A stretch of DNA of 64,000 nucleotides. It comes from Eledone cirrhosa (Eukaryota). The notes under the pieces are model-generated. The model did not search any database. It was not told the DNA's origin and saw only the letters and a list, made by a program, of their open reading frames with translations. The stretch is from assembly GCA_964016885.1 (NCBI GenBank), contig OZ024753.1:30566001-30630000 (forward strand), in the 5' to 3' direction. A program made the position numbers and the translations under genes. Below, in pieces: positions 28,917 to 41,744 of the stretch (position 1 is the stretch's first letter; each line of letters opens with the position of its first letter).

Positions 28917-30182
28917 CTAGCATGTTCGTATAGTACTGACCCGTTTTTTCGTCCTTTTAGTTCCCCCCCAGCGTTGGCCTATCCTTTCACCTATGCTACG
29001 AGCTGTCTCACCTATGTATGTTGTTGTCATGTTTCTGCAAGTACCCTCTGTACATCTTATGCTATAGACTACGTTTCTAGTTTTACAGTTTATCCGGGGG
29101 TTCACCTTACATATGATACATTTCCTATTGGTACAGTGGGTTTTCTTAAAAGGGTAGGTTTTGCTGATCAGGGATTTTATGGTGGTTCCTGGCTTTTCTA
29201 CCACCTTTATTTTTAAGTGGGTCTTTCTCAGGGCCTTTCTACACTGGTTAGCTAATTTCCCCCCAGGGGTGGCGTCCACAAACATGACACTCTGATATCT
29301 CTGGTTGTCGTACCATGATGTGGCCTTCCCTATCTTATGTCTAGCCCTATCTAAGCTATTCCATGATTTGCTCCTGTATAGTGGGCAAATTCCTTTCATG
29401 TCCAGTTCTATGAGGGTCTTATACTTTTCCATGGCTCCTTCGTATACTCTGACTCTGTCTCTTTGGTTGTAGCCAGAGAACTGCATGCGGTTGATGAAGT
29501 GTTGGATGTGTCTTTCCATTTCTGTTGGGTCGCACATGCTGGACACATTCTTCATCACTCGTACCAAATCTGCGATCAGAATATTAAACTTAGCACTACT
29601 GGACATTGCTGAGTTTTTGAGTATCAGGTATTTGGAGGCCATGGGTTTAGCATAGTGTGAGTGGAGAATTTGGGCTCTCTCGTCTATAGTGTTAATCCAG
29701 AGTTCTGTGTCTAATACAGGTAGTCTATTGTTAGGGTGTTTGGAAGGGAAGTCGATAGTTACAGTTATACTCTGGTGTATGGAATTAACTATCTGCTGGA
29801 TGCTTTCCATCGTGCTACGTTCTAAATCAAACTTGTTAGTGCTCTCTAGTGGGGGTGTTCTTATAACTATATTGATATCGTCTACATAACGAGAGTACAT
29901 GATGAGGTCTATGGAGCTTTCATTAAGGAGATCTTTAAGTCTCCTTTCCCACCATACCATGAAAAGGTTGGCAACATCACCAGCTATGCTGACGCCGATG
30001 GCTGCTCCCTCATTTTGGGTGTAGATTTTCTCATTGAACTTAAATATGTGGCCCTTTAGGGTAGTTTTGATACTAGCCCCTATTGCATGTGCGACCATTT
30101 TTCTTACCTGATCAGTGTTTTGGGGGGTCCGTATAGCTTTGGTCCACCCAATCCACCTTCCTATGGGAGTCTTTTTAGCCAT
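28917..30182 (-). pseudogene. Inverted shorter copy of the Penelope-like ORF, frameshifted in a G homopolymer within the endonuclease
   Basis: Translation matches the plus copy from MAKKTP to about YIGETARS, then diverges at the G-run (7 G versus 13 G). Could be a homopolymer assembly error. Confidence 0.85.
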
Positions 30183-30435
30183 TAATAATAATAATGCTAA
30201 TTATTGTTATGATTGCTAGATGTATTGTTGTTTACTTCACCGTTATTGTTGTTGTTGTTACTGTTATTTCTACCATTGTGGTTGTTACTATTATTATGTT
30301 TCTTGTTTTTGTTGATGTTGCTACATGTACTATTTCCATTATTACCACTGTGGTTATTGTTATTGTTGTTCGTATTGTTACCGTTATTACTACTGTGGTC
30401 ACTGTTGCTGTGTCTGTGGTTAACGTTTCCTCTCA

Positions 30436-32235
30436 ATGGTTATACGCCCCATAATCAAGATGTCCCCAGATGTATGTGAAAGTACAGAGGACCTCCTCAG
30501 CAGAATCAGTGAGTGCAACAAAAACAGGAGCCTATCCAACTGCATAATAGGCAGCATGGATGTGGTGTCACTGTACCCATCCATTAACATTGATTTTGCT
30601 GTGAAAAGATGTGTGGAGATGATCATTGAGAGTGAGGTGGAGTTCTGCGACGTCGACACAGACGAACTGGGCCTCCTACTTAGACTTACCTACGACACTG
30701 ACTACCTAGACAGCCATGACCTTAGATGTTTCTGCCCTAGTAGACCTATAAGAGGTAGACCCCCCACCATAACCTCAATGGCTAAAAAGACTCCCATAGG
30801 AAGGTGGATTGGGTGGACCAAAGCTATACGGACCCCCCAAAACACTGATCAGGTAAGAAAAATGGTCGCACATGCAATAGGGGCTAGTATCAAAACTACC
30901 CTAAAGGGCCACATATTTAAGTTCAATGAGAAAATCTACACCCAAAATGAGGGAGCAGCCATCGGCGTCAGCATAGCTGGTGATGTTGCCAACCTTTTCA
31001 TGGTATGGTGGGAAAGGAGACTTAAAGATCTCCTTAATGAAAGCTCCATAGACCTCATCATGTACTCTCGTTATGTAGACGATATCAATATAGTTATAAG
31101 AACACCCCCACTAGAGAGCACTAACAAGTTTGATTTAGAACGTAGCACGATGGAAAGCATCCAGCAGATAGTTAATTCCATACACCAGAGTATAACTGTA
31201 ACTATCGACTTCCCTTCCAAACACCCTAACAATAGACTACCTGTATTAGACACAGAACTCTGGATTAACACTATAGACGAGAGAGCCCAAATTCTCCACT
31301 CACACTATGCTAAACCCATGGCCTCCAAATACCTGATACTCAAAAACTCAGCAATGTCCAGTAGTGCTAAGTTTAATATTCTGATCGCAGATTTGGTACG
31401 AGTGATGAAGAATGTGTCCAGCATGTGCGACCCAACAGAAATGGAAAGACACATCCAACACTTCATCAACCGCATGCAGTTCTCTGGCTACAACCAAAGA
31501 GACAGAGTCAGAGTATACGAAGGAGCCATGGAAAAGTATAAGACCCTCATAGAACTGGACATGAAAGGAATTTGCCCACTATACAGGAGCAAATCATGGA
31601 ATAGCTTAGATAGGGCTAGACATAAGATAGGGAAGGCCACATCATGGTACGACAACCAGAGATATCAGAGTGTCATGTTTGTGGACGCCACCCCTGGAGG
31701 GAAATTAGCTAACCAGTGTAGAAAGGCCCTGAGAAAGACCCACTTAAAAATAAAGGTGGTAGAAAAGCCAGGAACCACCATAAAATCCCTGATCAGCAAA
31801 ACCTACCCTTTTAAGAAAACCCACTGTACCAATAGGAAATGTATCATATGTAAGGTGAACCCCCGGATAAACTGTAAAACTAGAAACGTAGTCTATAGCA
31901 TAAGATGTACAGAGGGTACTTGCAGAAACATGACAACAACATACATAGGTGAGACAGCTCGTAGCATAAGTGAAAGGATAGGCCAACACTGGGGGGGGGG
32001 GGGACTAAAAGGACGAAAAAACGGGTCAGTACTATACGAACATGCTAGACAACAACATGACGGTAACATAGACAACATAGAAATTAGAATAATATCTAAA
32101 CATAGGAATGACCCAGCAGATAGGCAAATCAGAGAGACCAGTGAAATAGAAATTAGAAGACCAAAGCTAAACAGAAAGAATGAGTGGAACAACAACAACA
32201 CCCAAACAAACAACACTGACCTAAGAGAAGTCTAA
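30436..32235 (+). CDS. Penelope-like reverse transcriptase + GIY-YIG endonuclease, 5'-truncated (599 aa)
   Basis: RT motifs SMDVVSLYPSI, YTQNEGAAIG..AGDVANLFM, RYVDD, LPVLD. Cys-rich linker. GIY-YIG: NVVYSIRC...YIGETARS..ER..QH...RQIRE...PKLN. In-frame stop at 30421 just upstream, so the ATG is probably internal. Confidence 0.93.
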   Translation: MVIRPIIKMSPDVCESTEDLLSRISECNKNRSLSNCIIGSMDVVSLYPSINIDFAVKRCVEMIIESEVEFCDVDTDELGLLLRLTYDTDYLDSHDLRCFCPSRPIRGRPPTITSMAKKTPIGRWIGWTKAIRTPQNTDQVRKMVAHAIGASIKTTLKGHIFKFNEKIYTQNEGAAIGVSIAGDVANLFMVWWERRLKDLLNESSIDLIMYSRYVDDINIVIRTPPLESTNKFDLERSTMESIQQIVNSIHQSITVTIDFPSKHPNNRLPVLDTELWINTIDERAQILHSHYAKPMASKYLILKNSAMSSSAKFNILIADLVRVMKNVSSMCDPTEMERHIQHFINRMQFSGYNQRDRVRVYEGAMEKYKTLIELDMKGICPLYRSKSWNSLDRARHKIGKATSWYDNQRYQSVMFVDATPGGKLANQCRKALRKTHLKIKVVEKPGTTIKSLISKTYPFKKTHCTNRKCIICKVNPRINCKTRNVVYSIRCTEGTCRNMTTTYIGETARSISERIGQHWGGGGLKGRKNGSVLYEHARQQHDGNIDNIEIRIISKHRNDPADRQIRETSEIEIRRPKLNRKNEWNNNNTQTNNTDLREV

Positions 32236-32822
32236 ATAAGTAAATAAAATAAAATAAAATAAGATAAATAAATACATACACAAGCACAATAACAACAAGC
32301 ACATAAACACACACTAGTCACCCAGCAGACACAACACTATACACACTAGTCACACAGCATACATAACACTATACACACACGCAAACGCATGCGCAAAGAA
32401 GACAAAATAAAATAAGATAAACAAACAAGCAAATAAATAAATAAATATATAGACAGACTGAATAAAAAATGGCGTAGACATACAACACAACAGGAGGAAC
32501 AAAGAATATAACACCACTGACGATGTTGCAGATGTGCAACGAAAGATTTATGTAAATTATGTAAACTATATATATATGTGTTTGTGTCTATATTGTATCT
32601 GTATTATTTTTGACCGTCGGTCAGTCAATGGCAACATTGAGGACCGAGTAAGTTAGATCGCAGATATAAAAGACAGCGAGAAGCGAAAACCAACCAAACA
32701 GTGAGTGTGTTCTGTTATTAATTCTGGCAATATTACGCAAATATGACCCTCCCCAAGTATAACAATATCTGTTTCGACAAACGATTTCATATAAAAAACC
32801 TCGCTAAACTAATTCATCGCCG

Positions 32823-32874
<52 letters not shown>

Positions 32875-33049
32875 TTATATTTAAAAATAAAGGAAAGCAT
32901 AAGCAGGGGACAATCCCTTCAGTTGTCTGCTGGAGATCACGGAACTGAAGAGGTGATTGTTCCCCGCTTGTGCTTTCCGTTTATTTTGAAATACACTTTA
33001 TCAAGTAACCACATAGCTCCCTGTTTCTTCCAAAATTTCTCTCTCTCTC

Positions 33050-33152
<103 letters not shown>

Positions 33153-33408
33153 AAAATATAAAACAATCAAATTTTTGCTTAATACATTTAATTGCTGACG
33201 ATCGTTTCTTCCAGACAACTGTTTGGAATCATCGGAGCAGACACAATGTTTAAACAAGTAATTATAATCCTAGTCCTCAGAACATTCATTAAGATTCATT
33301 ACTTTTAACAGTGTCAGTGACATATTGAAAAGCAATTACTGGTAATTGGGTAGTGCTTAATACTACCCTTTCATATTTATAATTATATACAACTCATCTA
33401 TAAGTATA

Positions 33409-33468
<60 letters not shown>

Positions 33469-34165
33469 ACTTTCAATACAATAGGAATGACAACATCAAA
33501 ATAAACACTGTACGTGTTCGGCACAGTAGTGCCAGCAAATAATGAAAGTAAGACTGATGATGAAAGTTTTGCCTTTCATTCTTACGGAGTGTGTGTGTGG
33601 TTATAGACTCATTTCGTGAGAAAGACTACTCAATATCATAGTAGAGATTAATATATTCTTTAATAAGAAGTTTCTCTTCCTAACTCACAGGGTCGAAGAT
33701 TCAATAAAATACATTTTTGTACACAAAATCATTTTAAAAGGAAATCTATATTTATGAAGTTTGTCTTTTTAATTCAACTTTGATCCTAATAACCTCAGTT
33801 TTAGTATTGCAAAAGTAGATACATGAGATTACACATATACACATTTTCTTACTACTTTTCTAGGCGAAATAAGATCAAAGTAATTACAATGGTCTCGTGA
33901 ATAAGGTAATTTAATAAATATTTTACTCTTCAAGCGATTTCAATTTGTTCATCCTTAATGGGTTGTGTAATGGCTTGCGTAAGAAACAAATATTTTCTTC
34001 ATAGCCTAATTACTTGGTTTATGACGAAGTGAGAGAAAGGGGCAGAGGGGGCGGGAATGAGATAGAGATAGAGAGGAGAGAGGGGAGGGAGAAAGAGAGA
34101 AGGATAGAGAGAACGAGAGAGAACGAAAGAGAAATATTGAGTATGTGTTACGTGTGCGTGGTGTT

Positions 34166-34277
<112 letters not shown>

Positions 34278-34293
34278 ATGTGTTTATTTATGC

Positions 34294-34341
<48 letters not shown>

Positions 34342-34665
34342 ATTTGTATGTATGTATATTTGTATGTATATATGCATGCATATATGGATGTATGTATGTA
34401 TATATGTATGCATATATGTATGTATGTGTTCTCTCTTTCTCTTAATTTCGAGTATATTTTTGACCGGCCACCTTCCTGGTGGCAAGGTTGCAAAAGAAAA
34501 GAAATTGTCATCCTTGAATCGCAAGAATATTTTGCAAATTTTGAAGGTGCCTGCTATCGCAGCCATTTGTAGACTATGAATTAGGGAGCTGCGCCTTTTG
34601 TCCGCAAATTCAAGTTCAGTCATACTTTGGTCCAAGTGGACTGGTATATAACCCGTAGCTCCATC

Positions 34666-35600
34666 TATATATGTATGTATGTATTTATATTTTTATGTAT
34701 GTATTTATGCATGTATATATATACGTATGTATTTATGTATGCATGTATATATGCATGTCTGTATTTATATATATGTATGTATTTATATATATATGTATGT
34801 ATTTATATATATATGTATGTATTTATATATATATATGTATGTATTTATATATATATGTATGTATGTATGTATGTATTTATATATATATATGTATGTATGT
34901 ATGTATGTATATGTATGTATGTATTTATATATATATATATGTATGTATGTATGTATTTATATATATGTATGTATGTATGTATTTATATATATGTATGTAT
35001 GTATGTATGTATTTTTATATATATATGTATGTATGTATTTTTATATATATATGTATGTATGTATTTATATATATATATATGTATGTATGTATTTATATAT
35101 ATATATATGTATGTATGTATTTATATATATATATATGTATGTATGTATTTATATATATATATATGTATGTATGTATTTATATATATATATATATGTATGT
35201 ATTTATATATATATGTATGTATGTATTTATATATATATATGTATGTATGTATGTATTTATATATATATATATATGTATGTATGTATTTATATATATATAT
35301 ATGTATGTATGTATTTATATATATATATATGTATGTATGTATTTATATATATATATATGTATGTATGTATGTATTTATATATATATATGTATGTATGTAT
35401 TTATATATATATATGTATGTATGTATTTATATATATATATGTATGTATGTATTTATATATATATATGTATGTATGTATTTATATATATATATGTATGTAT
35501 GTATTTATATATATATATGTATGTATGTATTTATATATATATATGTATGTATGTATTTATATATATATATATGTATGTATGTATTTATATATATATGTAT
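34666..35600. repeat. Compound (TA)n/(TGTA)n microsatellite
   Basis: Repeated GTATGTATGTATTTATATATATAT units. Confidence 0.9.
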
Positions 35601-36204
35601 GGTCACCAGTTGGTGCTACTGGTAACATGTATCCCAGTACAACCTGTCTCATGGTCGGGTCGTTGGCGACTAAACTGGCAACCCCACCAAGGTGTCTTGG
35701 TGAGGAGGGTGACTTTGGACATCCTGCAGGACTAAAATCAAAACCTGTCAAAGGGCAAAGGACCTCTTAAGAATCAATGGCCATCCAAAATCACCGGGAG
35801 AGATGACCCCTTAGCCTTTGTCAAGGCAGAATTCTAGGAGAAGGAAAACTCTGATATAACACCTGCAACCCTGATGGTATCCAATGATGTTGATTTGTTC
35901 TTCTTTTTGGTAAATACCATCTTGGTTAAGAGAGTGGGACTGGCTTTGTGCAGTACCTTTGCTCACTATAAAAGCTTCACGGCACAGGCATTGCTTTATA
36001 TCTGGAGATCTCTCTACACTTGTCGTCACATGGTACCATCGGCCCAGCACTATGTGTCAATAATTGTCACAGGTGTAGTGTTTGTACCAGAGTTTTCAAG
36101 TCGCTGGCTGGACTAAAAAGTTACACTTGTTCAGCGCATCGGTAGGGGTTCTCCTACATGGATATAAAGTAGTGGCCGTACTCGAAAACGAGTTGGCAGC
36201 CACC
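35601..36204 (+). mobile_element. Non-autonomous RTE-like element (5' UTR joined to 3' end), copy 1
   Basis: 5' part contains CTAGGAGAAGGAAAACTCTGA (RTE 5' UTR-like). 3' part encodes a degenerate C2H2 finger ([15 protein letters not shown]...H) and ends in a stem-loop + (ATGT)n. Confidence 0.65.
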
Positions 36205-36541
36205 GTGTATGTATGTATGTATTTATATATATTTCTATGTATGTATTTATGCATGTATATATATATATATATATACGTATGTATTTATGTATGCATGTAT
36301 ATATGAATGTATGTATTTATGTATGTATATATATGAGTGGGTATATGTATGCGTGGGAAACATAAAGAATCGGTATCAAAACAGTTTAAATTCACACTGA
36401 CAGGTTTGAAGTAGAGAAAGGATATGTAAATGTTGTACCCCGGGTTCAATTGTGGGTAACCACAGTAAGGTACTCAATACATTAGTAGAGTATATACAAT
36501 ATTTAATAAACTGTTTTGATACCGATACATATATACATACT

Positions 36542-36609
<68 letters not shown>

Positions 36610-36946
36610 TACATACTATGCTATATATATACATACTATGCTATATATAAATATACATACTAAGCTATATATATATATAGAGATGCTATATATATATAGA
36701 TACTATGCTATATATATACATACTATGCTATATATAAATATACATACTATGCTATATATATATATAGATACTATGCTATATATATATATAGATACTATGC
36801 TATATATATATAGATACTATGCTATATATATATACATACTATGCTATATCTATATATATACATACTATATACATACTATGCTATATCTATATATATATAT
36901 ATACATACTATGCTCTATATGTATATATATATATATACATACTATG

Positions 36947-36997
<51 letters not shown>

Positions 36998-37002
36998 CTA
37001 TG

Positions 37003-37065
<63 letters not shown>

Positions 37066-37109
37066 CTATGCTATATATATATATATACATACTATGCTAT
37101 ATATATATA

Positions 37110-37902
37110 TATGAATAAAGTTAGTCCTTCATCAGTGATCTTCCAACCATCATTGGTATTTCATCGCTTTAAAGACCATATACCTCCGGTTGGTGCGAGC
37201 AACGGCTAAAAAAAGTCGTTGGGACACCTAAATAAAGGGGACACGAGAGTGTAAACAAACAAAGATGGTGAACCAACGAAAAGTGAGGAAGAACGTTTAT
37301 TCTCATATTTACACATATTTTTTCCCCCGTTGTGACCCGTCTATTTCGTTCTTACTGCTTCCTCTTTCTCTGTATCTTTACTCTCTCTAACAGCCACTCT
37401 CTCTGTTAGCCTCTTCCTCACCCTTCACTCACTCACTCTCTGTTACTACCTCTCCTCCTCCTCCTTCTTCCCGTTTGACCTGTGCGTAATTCTTTTCTTT
37501 CGCACTCTTGGTCAGGCAGGTTCGTTTTTTTTTCTCTCTCTCGTCTATGATTTCACAGAACTTACGTTCACCGAATTCACAGACTAGATTCCTTCTTCCT
37601 CCCGTTAGACCTGTACGGAATTCCTTCCTTGCTCACATTCCAACCAGGTTTGATAGTCTTTATTCTCTCTCGTTCACGATTTCACCGAACTTATATTCAT
37701 GGAAATTTGGGACTTGATTCTTTCTTCCTCACTTTTCGTTACTTCACCATCTTTGTTTGTTTACACTCTCGTGTCCCCTTTATTTACGTGCCCCAACGAC
37801 TTTTTTTAGCCGTTGGTCGCACCAACCGGAGGTATATGGTCTTTAAAGCGATGATATACCAATGATGGTTGGAAGATCACTGATGAAGGACTAACTTTAT
37901 TC

Positions 37903-37905
<3 letters not shown>
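37110..37905. mobile_element. Inverted-repeat element in (TA)n with pyrimidine-rich spacer
   Basis: ~180-bp arms 37110-37293 / 37722-37905. Both outer ends read CTGATGAAGGACTAACTTTATTC then (TA)n. Confidence 0.75.
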
Positions 37906-37933
<28 letters not shown>

Positions 37934-38014
37934 CAATGCTATATATATATATATATATACATACTATATATATATACATACTATATATATATACATACTA
38001 TATATATATATACA

Positions 38015-38088
<74 letters not shown>

Positions 38089-38206
38089 CTATATATATAT
38101 ATATATATATATATACATACTATATATATATATATATATATATATACATACTATATATATATATATATATATACATACTATATATATATATATATATATA
38201 TATACA

Positions 38207-38376
<170 letters not shown>

Positions 38377-38775
38377 CTATATATATATATATATACATAC
38401 TATATATATATATACATACTATATATATATACATACTATATATATATACATACTATATATATATACATACTATATATATATATACTATATATATATATAT
38501 ATATACATACTATGCTATATGTATATATATATACTATATATATATATATACATACTATGCTATATGTATATATATATATATATATACTATATATATATAT
38601 ATACATACTATGCTATATGTATATATATATATACATACTATGCTATATACTATATATATATATATACATACTATGCTATATGTATATATATATATACATA
38701 CTATGCTATATGTATATATATATATATACATACTATGCTATATATATTTATATATATATATATATACATACTATG

Positions 38776-38824
<49 letters not shown>

Positions 38825-38836
38825 CTATGGTATATA

Positions 38837-38872
<36 letters not shown>

Positions 38873-38877
38873 CTATG

Positions 38878-38912
<35 letters not shown>

Positions 38913-38953
38913 CTATGCTATATATATATATATATATATATATACATACTATG

Positions 38954-38992
<39 letters not shown>

Positions 38993-38997
38993 CTATG

Positions 38998-39036
<39 letters not shown>

Positions 39037-39041
39037 CTATG

Positions 39042-39080
<39 letters not shown>

Positions 39081-39085
39081 CTATG

Positions 39086-39163
<78 letters not shown>

Positions 39164-39170
<7 letters not shown>

Positions 39171-39519
39171 TGAAAAAGAACAAAGGAACTATTATGACAT
39201 TATAACAAGTTTATTGCGGACAGCCGTTTCGTCCGACCCCATGGTGGGACTTATCAAGGCATATAACATGTGATTGCAAGATCATTGTTTAAACAATGAT
39301 CTTGCAATCACATGTTATATGCCTTGATAAGTCCCACCATGGGGTCGGACGAAACGGCTGTCCGCAATAAACTTGTTATAATGTCATAATAGTTCCTTTG
39401 TTCTTTTTCACTAATATTTCTGCTCTGCGTATACGCATAGAGCTTAACTAGCTACCGTCACATATTTGGTAAGTCAGACGTGATCATCGCGATTCACATA
39501 CGTCCTACCATACATCTTA

Positions 39520-39522
<3 letters not shown>
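39164..39522. mobile_element. Perfect 254-bp palindrome plus tail in (TA)n
   Basis: 39164-39417 is symmetric about 39290/39291; tail 39418-39522. Confidence 0.85.
39315..39370 (+). ncRNA. Minimal hammerhead ribozyme with U3-A8 variant core (identical inverted copy 39211-39266)
   Basis: TTATATGCC-TTGATAA-GTCC[CACCATGGGGTC]GGAC-GAAAC-GGCT-GTC^CGCAATAA. Stem I has a C-C mismatch next to the core and a 1-nt bulge. Confidence 0.65.
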
Positions 39523-39611
<89 letters not shown>

Positions 39612-41025
39612 CTATGCTATATATATATATATATATATACTATGCTATATATATATATATATATATATACCAGATAGAAAAATGCGTACAGCAAAAAAAA
39701 GTAATATTGTTGGAATATAAACCTTTAAAAATACAGGACAAGAAACTAAGATAAAACTTTAAAAGAATAGGACAAGAAACTAAGATAAAACTTTAAAAGA
39801 ATAGGACAAGAAACTAAGATAAAACTTTAAAGGATTGGACAAGAAATAAAAAAATTTAGAATAATATTAGTGGCAAAATTTTTATTGGTAAAAAATCGAG
39901 TTCCACAATCATAGGCTCTGGGTCCCACATTCAGAGGTCGTCGTCAGACCGGGGGGATCATTTGATCCTGGTTTGAACACCAATTGGGCCATAACCATAC
40001 CCCTATTTCATCATTCGGCGACACGCCTCATGTGTCATGCATAATGTGAATGGACCCATGGGCCCATGAGCACAGATCTTGAGCAGCAGCGGACGGTCTT
40101 GTCGTCCCGCTCATCCTTGATCTTGACTAACCCGTCCATCTTCTCCTTGCATCTTGTCCTTGAGTTCAAGTCCGGCAGTCCAGATGAATGCGTGCTACAG
40201 CTTTCTGGTACAGGAAGGGGGAGCTGGAGGGATGACGGGACAGAGGGAGGGAGGACCGGTGGTTGAGGGAGGTGCCGTAGTCGGTGGTCAGAGTCGACAT
40301 CTTGTCCCGGTCGTCTTCATCTTCGTCTGGTGTTGCGGGACCAGAAGTGCATTCTTGGAGGAGACCTGCAGCTGCATCGGCCAATTCTTCTTGCAATGGT
40401 CATTCTGACGGAGCAGAACTGCTCAGCCAACCAACCCCAACCAGAACCAACCGCTCAGGGGCAACGCACAATGAGAGCATGACAATTATTATGCACTAAT
40501 CAAGAAGATACTGGGGCATAGCACAGGAAACGAATAAAAAAATTTTGCCACTAATATTATTGTAAAATTTTTTATTTCTTGTCCAATTCTTTAAAGTTTT
40601 ATCTTAGTTTCTTGTCCTATTCTTTTAAAGTTTTATCTTAGTTTCTTGTCCTATTCTTTTCAAGTTTTATTTTAGTTTCTTGTCCTGTATTTTTAAAGGT
40701 TTATATTCCAACAATATTACTTTTTTTTGCTATACGCATTTTTCTCTCTGGTCTACTATTTTTTAAGGCAATGCAAGCAACAACTATCTAATAATTAAAT
40801 GATCATAGTGAATTACTGACAAGTGATTGACATTTTAAAGTTCTTTTGAGTATAATTGCAATCTAGTTGAGGCAACTGGCTTAATGACAAAGCTAGTAAA
40901 TCATGAATGCATTTGAGATGATTAGTGCATAATAGTGAATTGGTGAAACTTGTGCATTCCAATGGTGTTACAACAATAGATGTAAGTTATATAGTAGTAA
41001 TACTTTATCATATTAACTTTTTAGA

Positions 41026-41385
41026 ATGGACAAAAACCCATGCAAAGAAATGACTTTGACTGCAGTGATTCTCTCCAATTTACTTACAAAGCAAAACGTG
41101 GTCAAATACCTTATCATCTCTGATAAAATGCCCATTGAACCACTGAAAATCGGATGCATGGAATTCCTCATAAAATTCACCTATGAATCGGAAGCCATCA
41201 CATATATCAATGGATATAGGGAGTTGTTCACACTGGAAGACCATCACTTCATTTGTGACTTCAACAGTTATCTCCACGATTATCTCAGACACCCAATGCC
41301 ATTGATGAGAGGTGATCCAATGTGTGAGCATGTAACTAATCTTAGAGAAGTTGTTATCGACCACCTGGCTTTTAGTGACATTTGA
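41026..41385 (+). CDS. Hypothetical 119-aa ORF of unknown function
   Basis: ATG-started, non-repetitive, protein-like composition; lies between short direct repeats. No motif recognised. Confidence 0.25.
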   Translation: MDKNPCKEMTLTAVILSNLLTKQNVVKYLIISDKMPIEPLKIGCMEFLIKFTYESEAITYINGYRELFTLEDHHFICDFNSYLHDYLRHPMPLMRGDPMCEHVTNLREVVIDHLAFSDI

Positions 41386-41543
41386 CTGATTTGACTGATA
41401 ATGATGTATTTTTAAAATGTATGTGTACATTCTTGTTACTATTTTAAGGCAATGCAAGCAACAACTATTTAATAAAATTTAAATTTAAAAATGACCATTG
41501 TACATTACTAGTATGATGACATTTTATTAAGTCACAAAATTAG

Positions 41544-41744
41544 TCAGTCAGCCATAGAACAAGGATCAGTGGCAAAAACATTGGCAAAAATTTGTGTCAA
41601 TTTAAGATTTCCAACATTGTTCAAATGAATCATATCTGGTTTGAAGTCAGATTTGTCAAATTTTGACCAATTTTCAATGTTGTGAAGATTGGGCAAGATC
41701 AATTTTTGAATCATTTCTTTCATGCAGTAATAAAACTTTTCCAA
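41544..41744 (-). pseudogene. C-terminal fragment of an SGNH/GDSL hydrolase-like domain
   Basis: FKPDMIHLNNVGNLKLTQIF resembles the block V DxxHxxxxG motif followed by the terminal helix. Confidence 0.5.

Larger units (their letters stand above)
28200..32823. mobile_element. Penelope-like retroelement 1, inverted-duplicated insertion in (TA)n
   Basis: 28200-30183 is a near-identical reverse complement of 30777-32768. The plus copy continues with a ~55-bp unique tail to 32823. (TA)n lies on both sides (28180-28200, 32824-32870). Confidence 0.93.
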
